A stretch of DNA of 64,000 nucleotides. Origin: an uncultured delta proteobacterium (GTDB taxonomy: Bacteria > Myxococcota > B64-G9). Positions 21,199 through 30,188 of this stretch are shown one piece after another; position 1 is the first letter of the stretch; each line of letters starts with the position of its first letter. Both the position numbers and the translations under genes were made by a program. Below the pieces are notes generated by a model, which was given only the letters and a program-made list of their open reading frames with translations, had not been told where the DNA came from and did no database searches. The stretch lies in contig CAVWHX010000004.1 in assembly GCA_963754925.1 (NCBI GenBank), positions 1,376,001 through 1,440,000 of the forward strand. The letters run 5' to 3'.

Positions 21199-21501
21199 CT
21201 AGCGATCGCCACCACCCCGTCGTCCACCGCCACCCGGACGATTGGGGCGTTTACCTTTATCCTCGGCTTCGTTGACCTTAATCGTACGGCCGTCAAGGTC
21301 GGATCCGTCCATCTCGCCGATAGCATTCTGGGCATGCTGTTCATCAGCGAAGGTGACAAATCCGAAACCGCGGGAACGGCCTGTCTCGCGATCCGTGATA
21401 ACCTTGGCGTCGGTCACTTCTCCGAATTTCTCGAACGCCTTACGCAACCCTTCATCATTGGTTCCCCAGCTCAGGCCGCCCACAAATAGTTTCTTCGGCA
21501 T
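21199..21501 (-). CDS. RRM RNA-binding protein with Gly/Arg tail
   Basis: KLFVGGL (RNP2), RGFGFVTF (RNP1), DGRTIKVNEA; RBS GAGGAG. Confidence 0.95.
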   Translation of the reverse strand: MPKKLFVGGLSWGTNDEGLRKAFEKFGEVTDAKVITDRETGRSRGFGFVTFADEQHAQNAIGEMDGSDLDGRTIKVNEAEDKGKRPNRPGGGGRRGGGDR

Positions 21502-21694
21502 ACTAGTAACACTCCTCTTCCTGTCGGCCGTAGAGGCCACGTCTCAGGCAACCCCAATGGTTGCCCCTCACATATATATTTCATACAACAAAACGGTTAG
21601 TCATGCAATCAAATATTTTATATTGCATATGATAGGATTATATTCGCAATATTAACCCCATGTTAATAATGACGCAAACGCATACAGGTGAAGG

Positions 21695-22819
21695 ATGATA
21701 CTTCGTGAGGGACCTGTCGATCAAGAAAACCTCTCTTCCCTAGTCGGTGCCTACCGCGAGCGTTGCACGCGATTAGCCGAGATCATGAGCGGTGGGAGCA
21801 GACTGGTTATTTTCCTGCATGATAACCCCGATCCCGATAGTATTGCCGCCGGTCTCATGCTCCTCCGTATCGCCGAGCAATTACAGGTCCGCGCTCAGAT
21901 GGTCTACGGCGGAAAACTTGCACGCGCTGAAAATCGAACGCTCGTGAAACTGCTGAAAATCCCGTTGCGCAGTTTGGAGCGGATGCGGTTTCGCCACCAC
22001 CCGTCCGATCGGTATGCTCTGATTGATACACAGCCTAAAACCGGCAATAACTCCTTTCCCCTATCATTGCATGCCCATATTGTCGTCGATCATCACCCGC
22101 AGCGCAAAAACTATACCGCCGACTTTATCGATGTTCGCCCTGAGGTAGGCAGCACAACAACTATTCTCCTGGAGTACCTTGAGGAGTGCGGCGTTAAACT
22201 GGACCCAACGCTCGCCACGGCCGCCGCCTATGCGATAAGCTCGGAAACCCAGGATCTCGAGCGCGAGGCTGGCCGCACCGATCGTGAATACTATCAGCGC
22301 TTGTTCCCATTGGTACGCCAGACGATCCTCGGCCGAATCCGCCACCCGCGGCGACAGCGAGCATATTACCAGACTATTGCTCGCGCCATGAAGAAGGTGC
22401 TGGTCTCGAAACATACCTGTGTGTGTCATATCGGAGAAGTCCCGCACGCCGAGATTGTTGCGGAGGTAGCTGATTTTCTAGCGGCCATGGAACGGGTGAG
22501 TTGGTGTTTGGTGACAGGCTTCTGCCCGCCGAACATGGTGCTGTCGTTACGTTCGCGGCGTGTCAGGGGAAATGCCGAGCGGGTCATGCGCCGCATGTTG
22601 GGCAAGTTGGGTCATGGCGGCGGTCATGGTATGATGGCTGGTGGATTGGCACCCTGTGAGCGGAATGAGGACTATCTCAATCTGGCTACGCTTGTTACCG
22701 AGCGCTTCTTCAACTCTCTATCGATGAAAGTCGGCCAACGGCTTCAACCCTTGCTCGAGGAGGGCGAGTTGAAACAGAATAATTCCGTCGTGCCGCCATC
22801 GTCGACTAAGGCTTCATAG
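21695..22819 (+). CDS. DHH-family phosphoesterase
   Basis: HDNPDPDS, IDTQP, VDHH, GGGHGMMAGG. Confidence 0.9.
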   Translation: MILREGPVDQENLSSLVGAYRERCTRLAEIMSGGSRLVIFLHDNPDPDSIAAGLMLLRIAEQLQVRAQMVYGGKLARAENRTLVKLLKIPLRSLERMRFRHHPSDRYALIDTQPKTGNNSFPLSLHAHIVVDHHPQRKNYTADFIDVRPEVGSTTTILLEYLEECGVKLDPTLATAAAYAISSETQDLEREAGRTDREYYQRLFPLVRQTILGRIRHPRRQRAYYQTIARAMKKVLVSKHTCVCHIGEVPHAEIVAEVADFLAAMERVSWCLVTGFCPPNMVLSLRSRRVRGNAERVMRRMLGKLGHGGGHGMMAGGLAPCERNEDYLNLATLVTERFFNSLSMKVGQRLQPLLEEGELKQNNSVVPPSSTKAS

Positions 22820-23037
22820 TTCGTGGACGGTTGCGGTCTTCTAACGACCAACATTTCTATGAATACCAGGGTGTTGCCTAGAGCAAAGGGGGTTGTTGCG
22901 AGCGTCTCCACTTCATCCTTGCCTTAATCATCTAATTCCTGTACTTAGAATCAAATCACTCTGGTGTTCTTTTATGAAGATTTCCAGAGTTAAAAAGGTG
23001 ATTACCGGACATCACGGATCAGGGTAACGGCGGCGTC

Positions 23038-24801
23038 ATGGTGCGGCGAGTAGAAGACAAGCAGTCGGAAAAGAATCCCCGGCAGACGGTACCGCCTGCG
23101 GATGTTCGACCAACTGAAGCGCCTGCGGATGTGCGTGAACGCATAGTCTTTCTTGAGTGCCGTTGCGAGCAGTTGGCTGCTGCCAACGAGGTCGCCCAAG
23201 CAGAACTGGCGTACACACGAAAATCCCTTGCGGTCGCTGAGCAGCGTGAAGCCGCTTGTGTCGCGCAACAACAAGGTGTGCAGGCGCTGTTGGATGAGAA
23301 GATTCGCGTCCTGGCCGAGCAGTCGCGCCGTCTGACTGAATCCGAGGCGCTGCGGCTGGCCATCGAGGCCCGCCAGAAGTCAGGTGAGGAAGAGCTGCGT
23401 GCCCAGGTGCGTTCGGCACGAATGGAACTTGAACAGAAAAAGCGAGATATCGCGATGCTGTCCAGCAAGCTCGAGGATGCGCGCGCCCGAATAGAGACGC
23501 TCGACCGTTCCCACGAACGCCTCTATACGAAGCTGTTCGAGTGGCATAGCCTGGTGCAAGCGGGTACGCCCGACGCGATCGACCTCGCTGAGTTCATTGC
23601 CGAGTTGCGGGCCGAGGTGCTTTCACTCGAGCGGCTCCTCGCTCGCTCTGAGGCTCGCGAACGAGCGCTCGCCGCGGTGTTGGGCGCGGCGGGTGTTGAT
23701 TCAGTTCTCGCGGCCGAATCGTCTGCAGTCGATCCGGCAACGCAGCGCGCTCCTGCTCCGGAGGCCGTGCCACCGGACGCGCCGGCAGCGGGTGCATTTA
23801 CGCAGGGGGACGTGGCGACTATTCTGGCCGCGGTTCCGCGGCCGTCCGATCGGGTGATGGTCGAGCGTTTTCTACAGGAACTCACTGGCCCTGCCGGGAA
23901 TGGTTTTGAAGGCACCCGGCTCCGGGCAGGAAGCCGACTGGTCGAACTGGTTGGCCCGGTGGCAGCGCCCTGCGTCGCCAGCGTCGCCGACAGCACCCTC
24001 GATCCGGGATCGCGGGCGCAACTCGTGCGGATACTTGGTAAAGCTGCCGACGTTCAGGTTTTGCCCGTGGCCGCGCGGTTTCTTTCTGACCCGCAGCCTG
24101 AGGTACGCATTGCAGCGCTCGATGCCTGTGCGAAGCTTGCCGGTACGCAGTCGAGCGAACGTCTTGAGCTCGTTGAGCGCGGCCTGCATGATCCTGACGC
24201 GCGGGTTCGGCGCCGCGCGCTCGTACACCTTTCCGCCGTGCGCGGGCTGGATCCGGGACCGCGCTGTGCCTGCATGCTTCGCGATCCCGACCCGCTCACC
24301 CGCCGACTCGCCTGTGTTACCCTGGCGGGGACCCATGATCTCGAGGCGGCGCTCGCCGTGCTCGACGCCCTCTTTGATGTTGATGATCAGGTGTGTCGAG
24401 CGGCTGCCGTGGCCCTCGAACAGATTTTCGGCCAGTCGGTGAGTGCGCTCTTGACCATACCGTACGACAAACGACGTGAGAGCGTAGCGCGGTTGCACTC
24501 CTATTTTTCGGCTATCCGCGAACGATTGGCCCCTCAGGGACGGTTGCAATCGGCCGAGATGCTTTCGCAGGTGCTGCCGTCGCTTCTGGGGAGCGAATTT
24601 TTTACCGATCTACCGCCGTCGGGAGCCCAGCCTACGTTTGAGGCGATAGGTGAGGTGTTACAAGAATCACTTTCCGGCTGTACGCCGGAGACGATAGCTC
24701 GAGAGTTGGGGTGCGATCTTGATGGCCTCTCGAACCTCGTGCGGGAATACGTGCGGGCCGGTCTCCTGCTCAGGAGGGGCGAGAAACTCTTTTTACCGTG
24801 A
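23038..24801 (+). CDS. pomY: PomY-like coiled-coil/HEAT-repeat protein
   Basis: N-terminal coiled-coil, Ala/Pro linker, HEAT repeats (DPQPEVRIAA, DPDARVRRRA), short HTH-like C-terminus; directly upstream of pomZ as in Myxococcus. Confidence 0.75.
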   Translation: MVRRVEDKQSEKNPRQTVPPADVRPTEAPADVRERIVFLECRCEQLAAANEVAQAELAYTRKSLAVAEQREAACVAQQQGVQALLDEKIRVLAEQSRRLTESEALRLAIEARQKSGEEELRAQVRSARMELEQKKRDIAMLSSKLEDARARIETLDRSHERLYTKLFEWHSLVQAGTPDAIDLAEFIAELRAEVLSLERLLARSEARERALAAVLGAAGVDSVLAAESSAVDPATQRAPAPEAVPPDAPAAGAFTQGDVATILAAVPRPSDRVMVERFLQELTGPAGNGFEGTRLRAGSRLVELVGPVAAPCVASVADSTLDPGSRAQLVRILGKAADVQVLPVAARFLSDPQPEVRIAALDACAKLAGTQSSERLELVERGLHDPDARVRRRALVHLSAVRGLDPGPRCACMLRDPDPLTRRLACVTLAGTHDLEAALAVLDALFDVDDQVCRAAAVALEQIFGQSVSALLTIPYDKRRESVARLHSYFSAIRERLAPQGRLQSAEMLSQVLPSLLGSEFFTDLPPSGAQPTFEAIGEVLQESLSGCTPETIARELGCDLDGLSNLVREYVRAGLLLRRGEKLFLP

Positions 24802-24852
24802 AGCCGCAGTAACTGGCAGGTTAGTGAAAACCTTAATATTTATGGGGCGGTA

Positions 24853-25824
24853 GTGGAGCAAATCACCTTTACCCGTTTTCGATTCGCGCAGATCCTTGGT
24901 CTCACCGAGGATGAGTTGGTAAGCGCCGATTTGAGAATGAGAAAAAACTCGGATGAACAACATCCGGTTCGTTACCAACCGAACGATCTTTCGGTCTACC
25001 GGGCCGAACTAAATCTGCGCCCGATGGCGCGTCCGCCGCGGCGCCAGCTCTTTCTCAACTTCAAGGGAGGAACCGGCAAGACCAGCCTGTCCACCTCGTA
25101 TGCCTATCGTTTGGCAGAGATGGGTCACCGCGTTCTGGTGGTTGATCTCGATTCGCAGGGTCACGCTTCCAAGTGCTTGGGCTATGAAACTGAAGATCAC
25201 GAGAAGACCCTGTTCGATGTCTTGGTTAAGAAGCGGCCGCTGTCCGAGGTCGTGATCGAAAGTCCGCTCAAAGAGCTCAGTTTTGTACCCTCGAACTTAC
25301 GCATGAGTACGGTTGACCTTTCCCTGATGCCGCTGAACGCACGTGAGTTCCGCTTACGCATGGCGCTCGACGATCTCCCCCAAACGTACGAATTCATCAT
25401 AATGGACGCTCCGCCCTCCTTCGGCCTTTTGAATCTCAATGCCATTGTGGCAGCTGACGATCTCTTCATCCCGGTGATTGCCGACTTTCTATCGTTCCAT
25501 GGCCTGAAGCTTCTGTTTGAGACCGTATCCGGCATCGAGCAAGACCTCCAACTGTTGCTCGATCGGATCTTTGTGGTCATAAATCTCTATAACCCGACGA
25601 CGCGTATTGCTCGCGAGGCGCGTCTGGCGCTTGAGAAATATTACGCGGAGTACCTTCTCAAAACCGTGATTCGACAATGTACTAAATTCGCGCAGGCATC
25701 CAGCGAGGGCCATCCGATCTCTGTTTTCGATCCCACCAGCAAGGGGGCCGAAGATATCGAGCGGCTGATCGCAGAGGTCCTACCGCTCACGCTGGTTGCC
25801 AAGCAAAAGGAGTCAAGAGCATGA
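24853..25824 (+). CDS. pomZ: ParA-family ATPase PomZ
   Basis: RRQLFLNFKGGTGKTSLSTSYA, DLDSQGHA, ADFLSFHGLKLLFETV, IRQCTKFAQASSEG closely match M. xanthus PomZ as I recall it. Confidence 0.88.
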   Translation: MEQITFTRFRFAQILGLTEDELVSADLRMRKNSDEQHPVRYQPNDLSVYRAELNLRPMARPPRRQLFLNFKGGTGKTSLSTSYAYRLAEMGHRVLVVDLDSQGHASKCLGYETEDHEKTLFDVLVKKRPLSEVVIESPLKELSFVPSNLRMSTVDLSLMPLNAREFRLRMALDDLPQTYEFIIMDAPPSFGLLNLNAIVAADDLFIPVIADFLSFHGLKLLFETVSGIEQDLQLLLDRIFVVINLYNPTTRIAREARLALEKYYAEYLLKTVIRQCTKFAQASSEGHPISVFDPTSKGAEDIERLIAEVLPLTLVAKQKESRA

Positions 25825-26987
25825 AAGGCGCTTTTGATGCAAACCTTCCGCGTACGAAACCGCTCACCCGACGAAACGCAAAATCTCTCGAAGAGCCCCC
25901 CGTGGGTGCGCAGCCGGCCGAGAACGACATAACGACTCTCGCGCGGTCAGGCTTGCCGTTGGATGTAGCGTTTGATCCCGAAGCCGCGGCCCAGAAACTC
26001 GTGGCCCATATGAAAACTCGCGTCCGCAAAGAGCGCAACAAGATTCGGTCATCGTCGCAGACGACCACCGCCACGCCGCTGGCCGGGCAAGTGCTCGCGG
26101 GGTCGGCGCCCGTTGGCGATGAGGCGTTGCAGCCCACCATCCCCGGGCGTCTGGCGATGGAAGCCCTTCTGGCTCAGCAGCGGGAGGCCCCCACGGCGAA
26201 ACCCGCTGGTGTGACACAGACCCCCTCCCCTCAAACGCCCCAACCGACCGCCGCGATGCCCGCTCGATCAACGGCAACGCAGCGGCCTGCTCAGGCGAGC
26301 GCGGCAACCATCAGCCTGCCCGGAACCGAGATCCTGACGCAAGGCCGCGCTCGGATCGGACAGCTCCGTGATCGGCTCCACGCGAGCTCTCAGGCGCGCA
26401 CTGCCCAGACGGGCAGCGAACCCTGGGCCACGGCCGAGGCCACGCGCCAAGCCGTGGACTCCTTTCGGGCCCGCGTCAGCGCGGTAACGCGAGAGCGCGA
26501 CGCCCTGACCGAGGCGCTGCAGCTTATCCGAACCGAGCTCGATCAAACCAAGAAAGAACTAGCCGCCAAGAATCAGGCGTGTGCTGCGGCCGAGGCACTG
26601 GCAAATGAGCGCATCCAGCTCGCCAATACCTTGCTCTCTGAGGTCGAGGTGCTCGCTGACGAGCGCGATCAAGCGCTCGTGCGCATTAGCGAGCTCAAGG
26701 GGCTCGACGAGCAACAGATGCGATTATTGGCCGAGGCCGAGGCGGCGCTTACCCAACGCGATGAGCAGTTGGTGTGCATGCAGAAGACCGAGGCGGAGTT
26801 GCACGCGGCCGTGAGCGCCCGTACCGACGACATTGAACGGCTCACCGCCCGCCTTGCCGAACGTACCGGCGAGCGGGACCTGTTGATGGATCGCATCACG
26901 CGCCTTGAGGCCGAGGTGCACGGGCTGAACGATTCCCGCGGCGCGTTGGTGGAAATTAAACGCCTGCTGGATTCCGCTAAGGTTTGA
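25821..26987 (+). CDS. pomX: PomX-like protein (basic N-terminal peptide, Ala/Pro region, C-terminal coiled-coil)
   Basis: MKGAFDANLPRTKP resembles the PomX N-terminus; long coiled-coil; 4-nt overlap with pomZ. Confidence 0.78.
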   Translation: MKGAFDANLPRTKPLTRRNAKSLEEPPVGAQPAENDITTLARSGLPLDVAFDPEAAAQKLVAHMKTRVRKERNKIRSSSQTTTATPLAGQVLAGSAPVGDEALQPTIPGRLAMEALLAQQREAPTAKPAGVTQTPSPQTPQPTAAMPARSTATQRPAQASAATISLPGTEILTQGRARIGQLRDRLHASSQARTAQTGSEPWATAEATRQAVDSFRARVSAVTRERDALTEALQLIRTELDQTKKELAAKNQACAAAEALANERIQLANTLLSEVEVLADERDQALVRISELKGLDEQQMRLLAEAEAALTQRDEQLVCMQKTEAELHAAVSARTDDIERLTARLAERTGERDLLMDRITRLEAEVHGLNDSRGALVEIKRLLDSAKV

Positions 26988-26988
26988 C

Positions 26989-29088
26989 TCAACCGGCAAT
27001 CTGTATGGGCAGCCAGGTCGGCAGCACCACGGAGGGCGGTCCCCACACGAGAAGCCACAGCTGGTGGATCGCGCGTGTGGCGCCAACGTGCAAGAGGTGT
27101 CGGCTGGCACGGGTGTTTGGATAGGAAAGGCGATCGACGTTGAGAAGAATAACATAGTCGAATTCCAGCCCCTTCGTTTGGGATACATCCGTTACCTCAA
27201 TCCCCGGACCGAATGAGAAGTCTTGATTCCGCACCATACGCATGTTCTCCAGGTCGGTGCGAGTAAGCGCCTCATAGGTTTCGTCGGCTTGTTTAATATC
27301 TCGAGAAAGAACCGCTACCGAAGCGTTAGGTTCCCGCAGCATCAAGTCCTTGAGGGCGTCGGCTAAAAAAGTCATGGCCTCGCCTCGGCCTCCGCAGCGA
27401 AACAGCTCCACGGGTGCGCCGGTCCGGGTGGTCTGAACCGGTTCGGTCGGCGCAGCGCTTCCCAATATTTCATTGGCGAAGGTTATGATCTCACGCGTGC
27501 AGCGGTAAGAAATTCTCAGTAGCGAAATAGCGCGCGGGTTTTGGCCGATGGCGGGAAGGATCTGATCGAAGTCGGTGAAGTCTTTGTCGGTGATAGTCTG
27601 AGCCGCATCGGCCGCGAGGGTGATTGCCTGATCGCGTGCACACGCGAGCAGAACCTGAAGCTCAAGCGGACTAAAATCCTGGGCTTCATCCAGAAAAATA
27701 TGATCATAACGGAGCCGTCGCCGCCCCCGCCAGAGCAACGGCCCGCGCAACAATTGATAGAGCCGCAGCAGAATCATGTCGTCCTCTTCATCGTAGCACG
27801 GAGAATCGGCTTCATCATCGGCATCGTTCGATTTCCCGCCTAAGCTTACGCTATCGACGCGCCGGAAATATTGATCAGCGCACCAGCGGTGGATCTGGCC
27901 GGTCTCGGCATCGCTAAACACTCCCGGCGCGTGTCGCTTCAGGCCGCTTCGAATCCAATGGCGATCGGTGAAAAGTTCGTCGAACAACGTAGCCGGATCG
28001 GCGCCGGGCGCCGCAGCAGCCGCTTCGGCTAGCATCGGCACCATCGCCTGCTGGGTTTTAAAGCGGATAACCGCAGCCGGCGTGTCCTGACTGTACGCCC
28101 GATGGAGGGCGCGGAAATGCTGCCGACGCATTTCTCGCGCCCAACCGTGCAATGTCGCCACCGGTACCTTGGGTAATCCGAGCGCCGGCAGTACGCGCGA
28201 AATGTACCCCGCCAAAGCTTGTGAAAACACCACGACCAGCATGCGGCGCTCCCGGAAGCGCTCGCGATTGCTAAAGTGGAGGTACGCCAAACGGTGGAGA
28301 CCGACCGTCGTCTTGCCCGATCCGGCACCGCCGCGGATCAACAAAACTCCCTCGCCCGGTCGACGGAGGAGATCGAATTGCTCGCGATCGAGCAGCGCGG
28401 CAATCTCGGGCAAATGTTTGTCAGACCGGGTGGCCAAGGCTTCTTCGAGACTGCCTAAAAACGGCCGAGCATTGTCCGGTCGGGCGGCGGTACCAGCGCC
28501 GCCGCGCAAGGCGGCTTGTTGATTGGTGACGTTGAGCCAGCCGTGCGCGGTTCGTAAAAAAACCCCGTGCGGCGTGCCGATGCGCAGGAGATGGCCGTCG
28601 ATAATGGTCACGGTCCGGCGCAACTCTATCTCGCCGCATAACTCCTTTCCGGCAATCTCTTCGGCAAACGGCTCGCCCTCGCGATAGCGATAGAACAGAA
28701 GGCTGATGGGAGCATTGCGCCAATCGACGATGCGAATATTGTCGGAGACAAAGGTGCGTTTGCCAATAAGAATATCGCGCCGTTCGCCTTCGTCGGTGCG
28801 CAATCGCAAATGGGCGAAATAGGGACTGCCGTGATCGATCTGGCCGACCGAGTAGCGCTCGCGGGTTGCCGACAGCGCGGCGATGCGATCCATCATCTCA
28901 ATCAAACTGGCCTGATCGTCAGGTAGTTTTTCTTCCGACAGAGCGTCGCGCAGTTGAACCAAGTCCCGGTCGTAATCCGGGAACTGCGCAGGTCGTTCGG
29001 CGCGATGCACCGCGGCCTGCACCACCTTCAGGAGGTCTTCCTCTTCGCGCACGATGAGTGGGGTGGCTTGCCTACGATTTTTCACCAT
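26989..29088 (-). CDS. UvrD-like SF1 ATPase, HelD-like
   Basis: SPYFAHL, IVDWRNAPIS, GGAGSGKTTVGLHRLAYL, LDEAQD, KGLEFD, VGATRA. Confidence 0.85.
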   Translation of the reverse strand: MVKNRRQATPLIVREEEDLLKVVQAAVHRAERPAQFPDYDRDLVQLRDALSEEKLPDDQASLIEMMDRIAALSATRERYSVGQIDHGSPYFAHLRLRTDEGERRDILIGKRTFVSDNIRIVDWRNAPISLLFYRYREGEPFAEEIAGKELCGEIELRRTVTIIDGHLLRIGTPHGVFLRTAHGWLNVTNQQAALRGGAGTAARPDNARPFLGSLEEALATRSDKHLPEIAALLDREQFDLLRRPGEGVLLIRGGAGSGKTTVGLHRLAYLHFSNRERFRERRMLVVVFSQALAGYISRVLPALGLPKVPVATLHGWAREMRRQHFRALHRAYSQDTPAAVIRFKTQQAMVPMLAEAAAAAPGADPATLFDELFTDRHWIRSGLKRHAPGVFSDAETGQIHRWCADQYFRRVDSVSLGGKSNDADDEADSPCYDEEDDMILLRLYQLLRGPLLWRGRRRLRYDHIFLDEAQDFSPLELQVLLACARDQAITLAADAAQTITDKDFTDFDQILPAIGQNPRAISLLRISYRCTREIITFANEILGSAAPTEPVQTTRTGAPVELFRCGGRGEAMTFLADALKDLMLREPNASVAVLSRDIKQADETYEALTRTDLENMRMVRNQDFSFGPGIEVTDVSQTKGLEFDYVILLNVDRLSYPNTRASRHLLHVGATRAIHQLWLLVWGPPSVVLPTWLPIQIAG

Positions 29089-29313
29089 TGAGCGTATTTC
29101 CTGGCCTCGTTATCTGGCTCAAAACATCCAACGAACCACCGCGCAGAATAAGTCAGAATACCCGCTCCTATTTGAAAAGCAACCGAGAAGCGCAAGGGTC
29201 TGAAATATTGCTATAAAATACCCATTAGAAAATAGTTGTATATCACGATCGATATCCGATAAGGAAATCAGGAGGATATGAGGAACTGAGTTACAAGAAA
29301 CAGCCTGGATGAA

Positions 29314-29753
29314 AATCCCTCTCCCGCTGGCGGGAGAGGGTAGGGTGAGGGTGGTAATGAATCGATTGCCAACTGAGATTCTACGTCGGGCAAGAGAGTT
29401 ACGTCGCGATCAGACCAATGCTGAAACTTTGTTGTGGTTTTTTCTTCGAAATCGAAGAATGGCTGGATTCAAGTTCAAGCGCCAGCAAACCATTGGTCCT
29501 TATATTGTCGATTTTTATTGCGCAGGTAAGAAGTTAGCCATCGAATTGGATGGCGGTGGTCATGCAGAAGAGTCCCAAGAAAGTTACGATTTGCAGAGAA
29601 GTGATTGGCTTTCGCGAGAAGGAATTGAGGTTCTACGGTTTTGGAACAATCAGTTACTTACTCAGACCGAGGTGGTGTTGGAAGTTATCTGGGATAAGTT
29701 ACAAACTCTACCACCCTCATCCTGACCTTCTCCCGCCAGCGGGAGAAGGGATT
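29314..29753. mobile_element. 440-bp cassette: DUF559 gene bounded by 43-45 bp palindromic inverted repeats
   Basis: Left 29314-29356 AATCCCTCTCCCGCTGGCGGGAGAGGGTAGGGTGAGGGTGGTA; right 29709-29753 is its near-exact reverse complement. Confidence 0.7.
29357..29725 (+). CDS. DUF559 (Vsr-like) endonuclease-domain protein
   Basis: RARELRRDQTNAE.LLW..LR, FKRQQTIGPYIVDFYC, IELDGGGH, VLRFWN. Confidence 0.93.
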   Translation: MNRLPTEILRRARELRRDQTNAETLLWFFLRNRRMAGFKFKRQQTIGPYIVDFYCAGKKLAIELDGGGHAEESQESYDLQRSDWLSREGIEVLRFWNNQLLTQTEVVLEVIWDKLQTLPPSS

Positions 29754-29769
29754 AACTACAATCAATTGC

Positions 29770-30171
29770 TCATTCTGATAGATCAAGATCAAAGAATAGC
29801 TTTAGCCAAACTTCGAGATCTTCCAGGTAAACTGCTTTGCCAGTCGATAGAAGGAATGACTTCATATTCTCTTTGAACCCTTCTCCATGAACCACCACTA
29901 ATCCATCTATTGGCCAGGCCTCGATATCTTGAATAATTGCTGGAATCTTTTCCTCGGCGGAGCCTCCAGATTTCTGATACTTACATTCTATACCTAATCG
30001 TTTACCGGTCTTGCGATCTCGAAGAAGTATGTCGATCTTTCGCTCGGAACCCCAAATTCGGCGGCCAACATGCACTTGGCGCCTGACTTCGAGATTGAGC
30101 CGTTCACCAATTTGATGCACCTGATCTTCGAGATTTTTCCCTGAGACTGGTGCAGCTGTTTTACCTGGCAT
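29770..30171 (-). CDS. Small PD-(D/E)XK nuclease, putative restriction endonuclease
   Basis: KID...GIECKYQ..GGSAEEK catalytic pattern; immediately downstream of a DNA methylase. Confidence 0.75.
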   Translation of the reverse strand: MPGKTAAPVSGKNLEDQVHQIGERLNLEVRRQVHVGRRIWGSERKIDILLRDRKTGKRLGIECKYQKSGGSAEEKIPAIIQDIEAWPIDGLVVVHGEGFKENMKSFLLSTGKAVYLEDLEVWLKLFFDLDLSE

Positions 30172-30188
30172 CCGAGTTAGACCTTACA

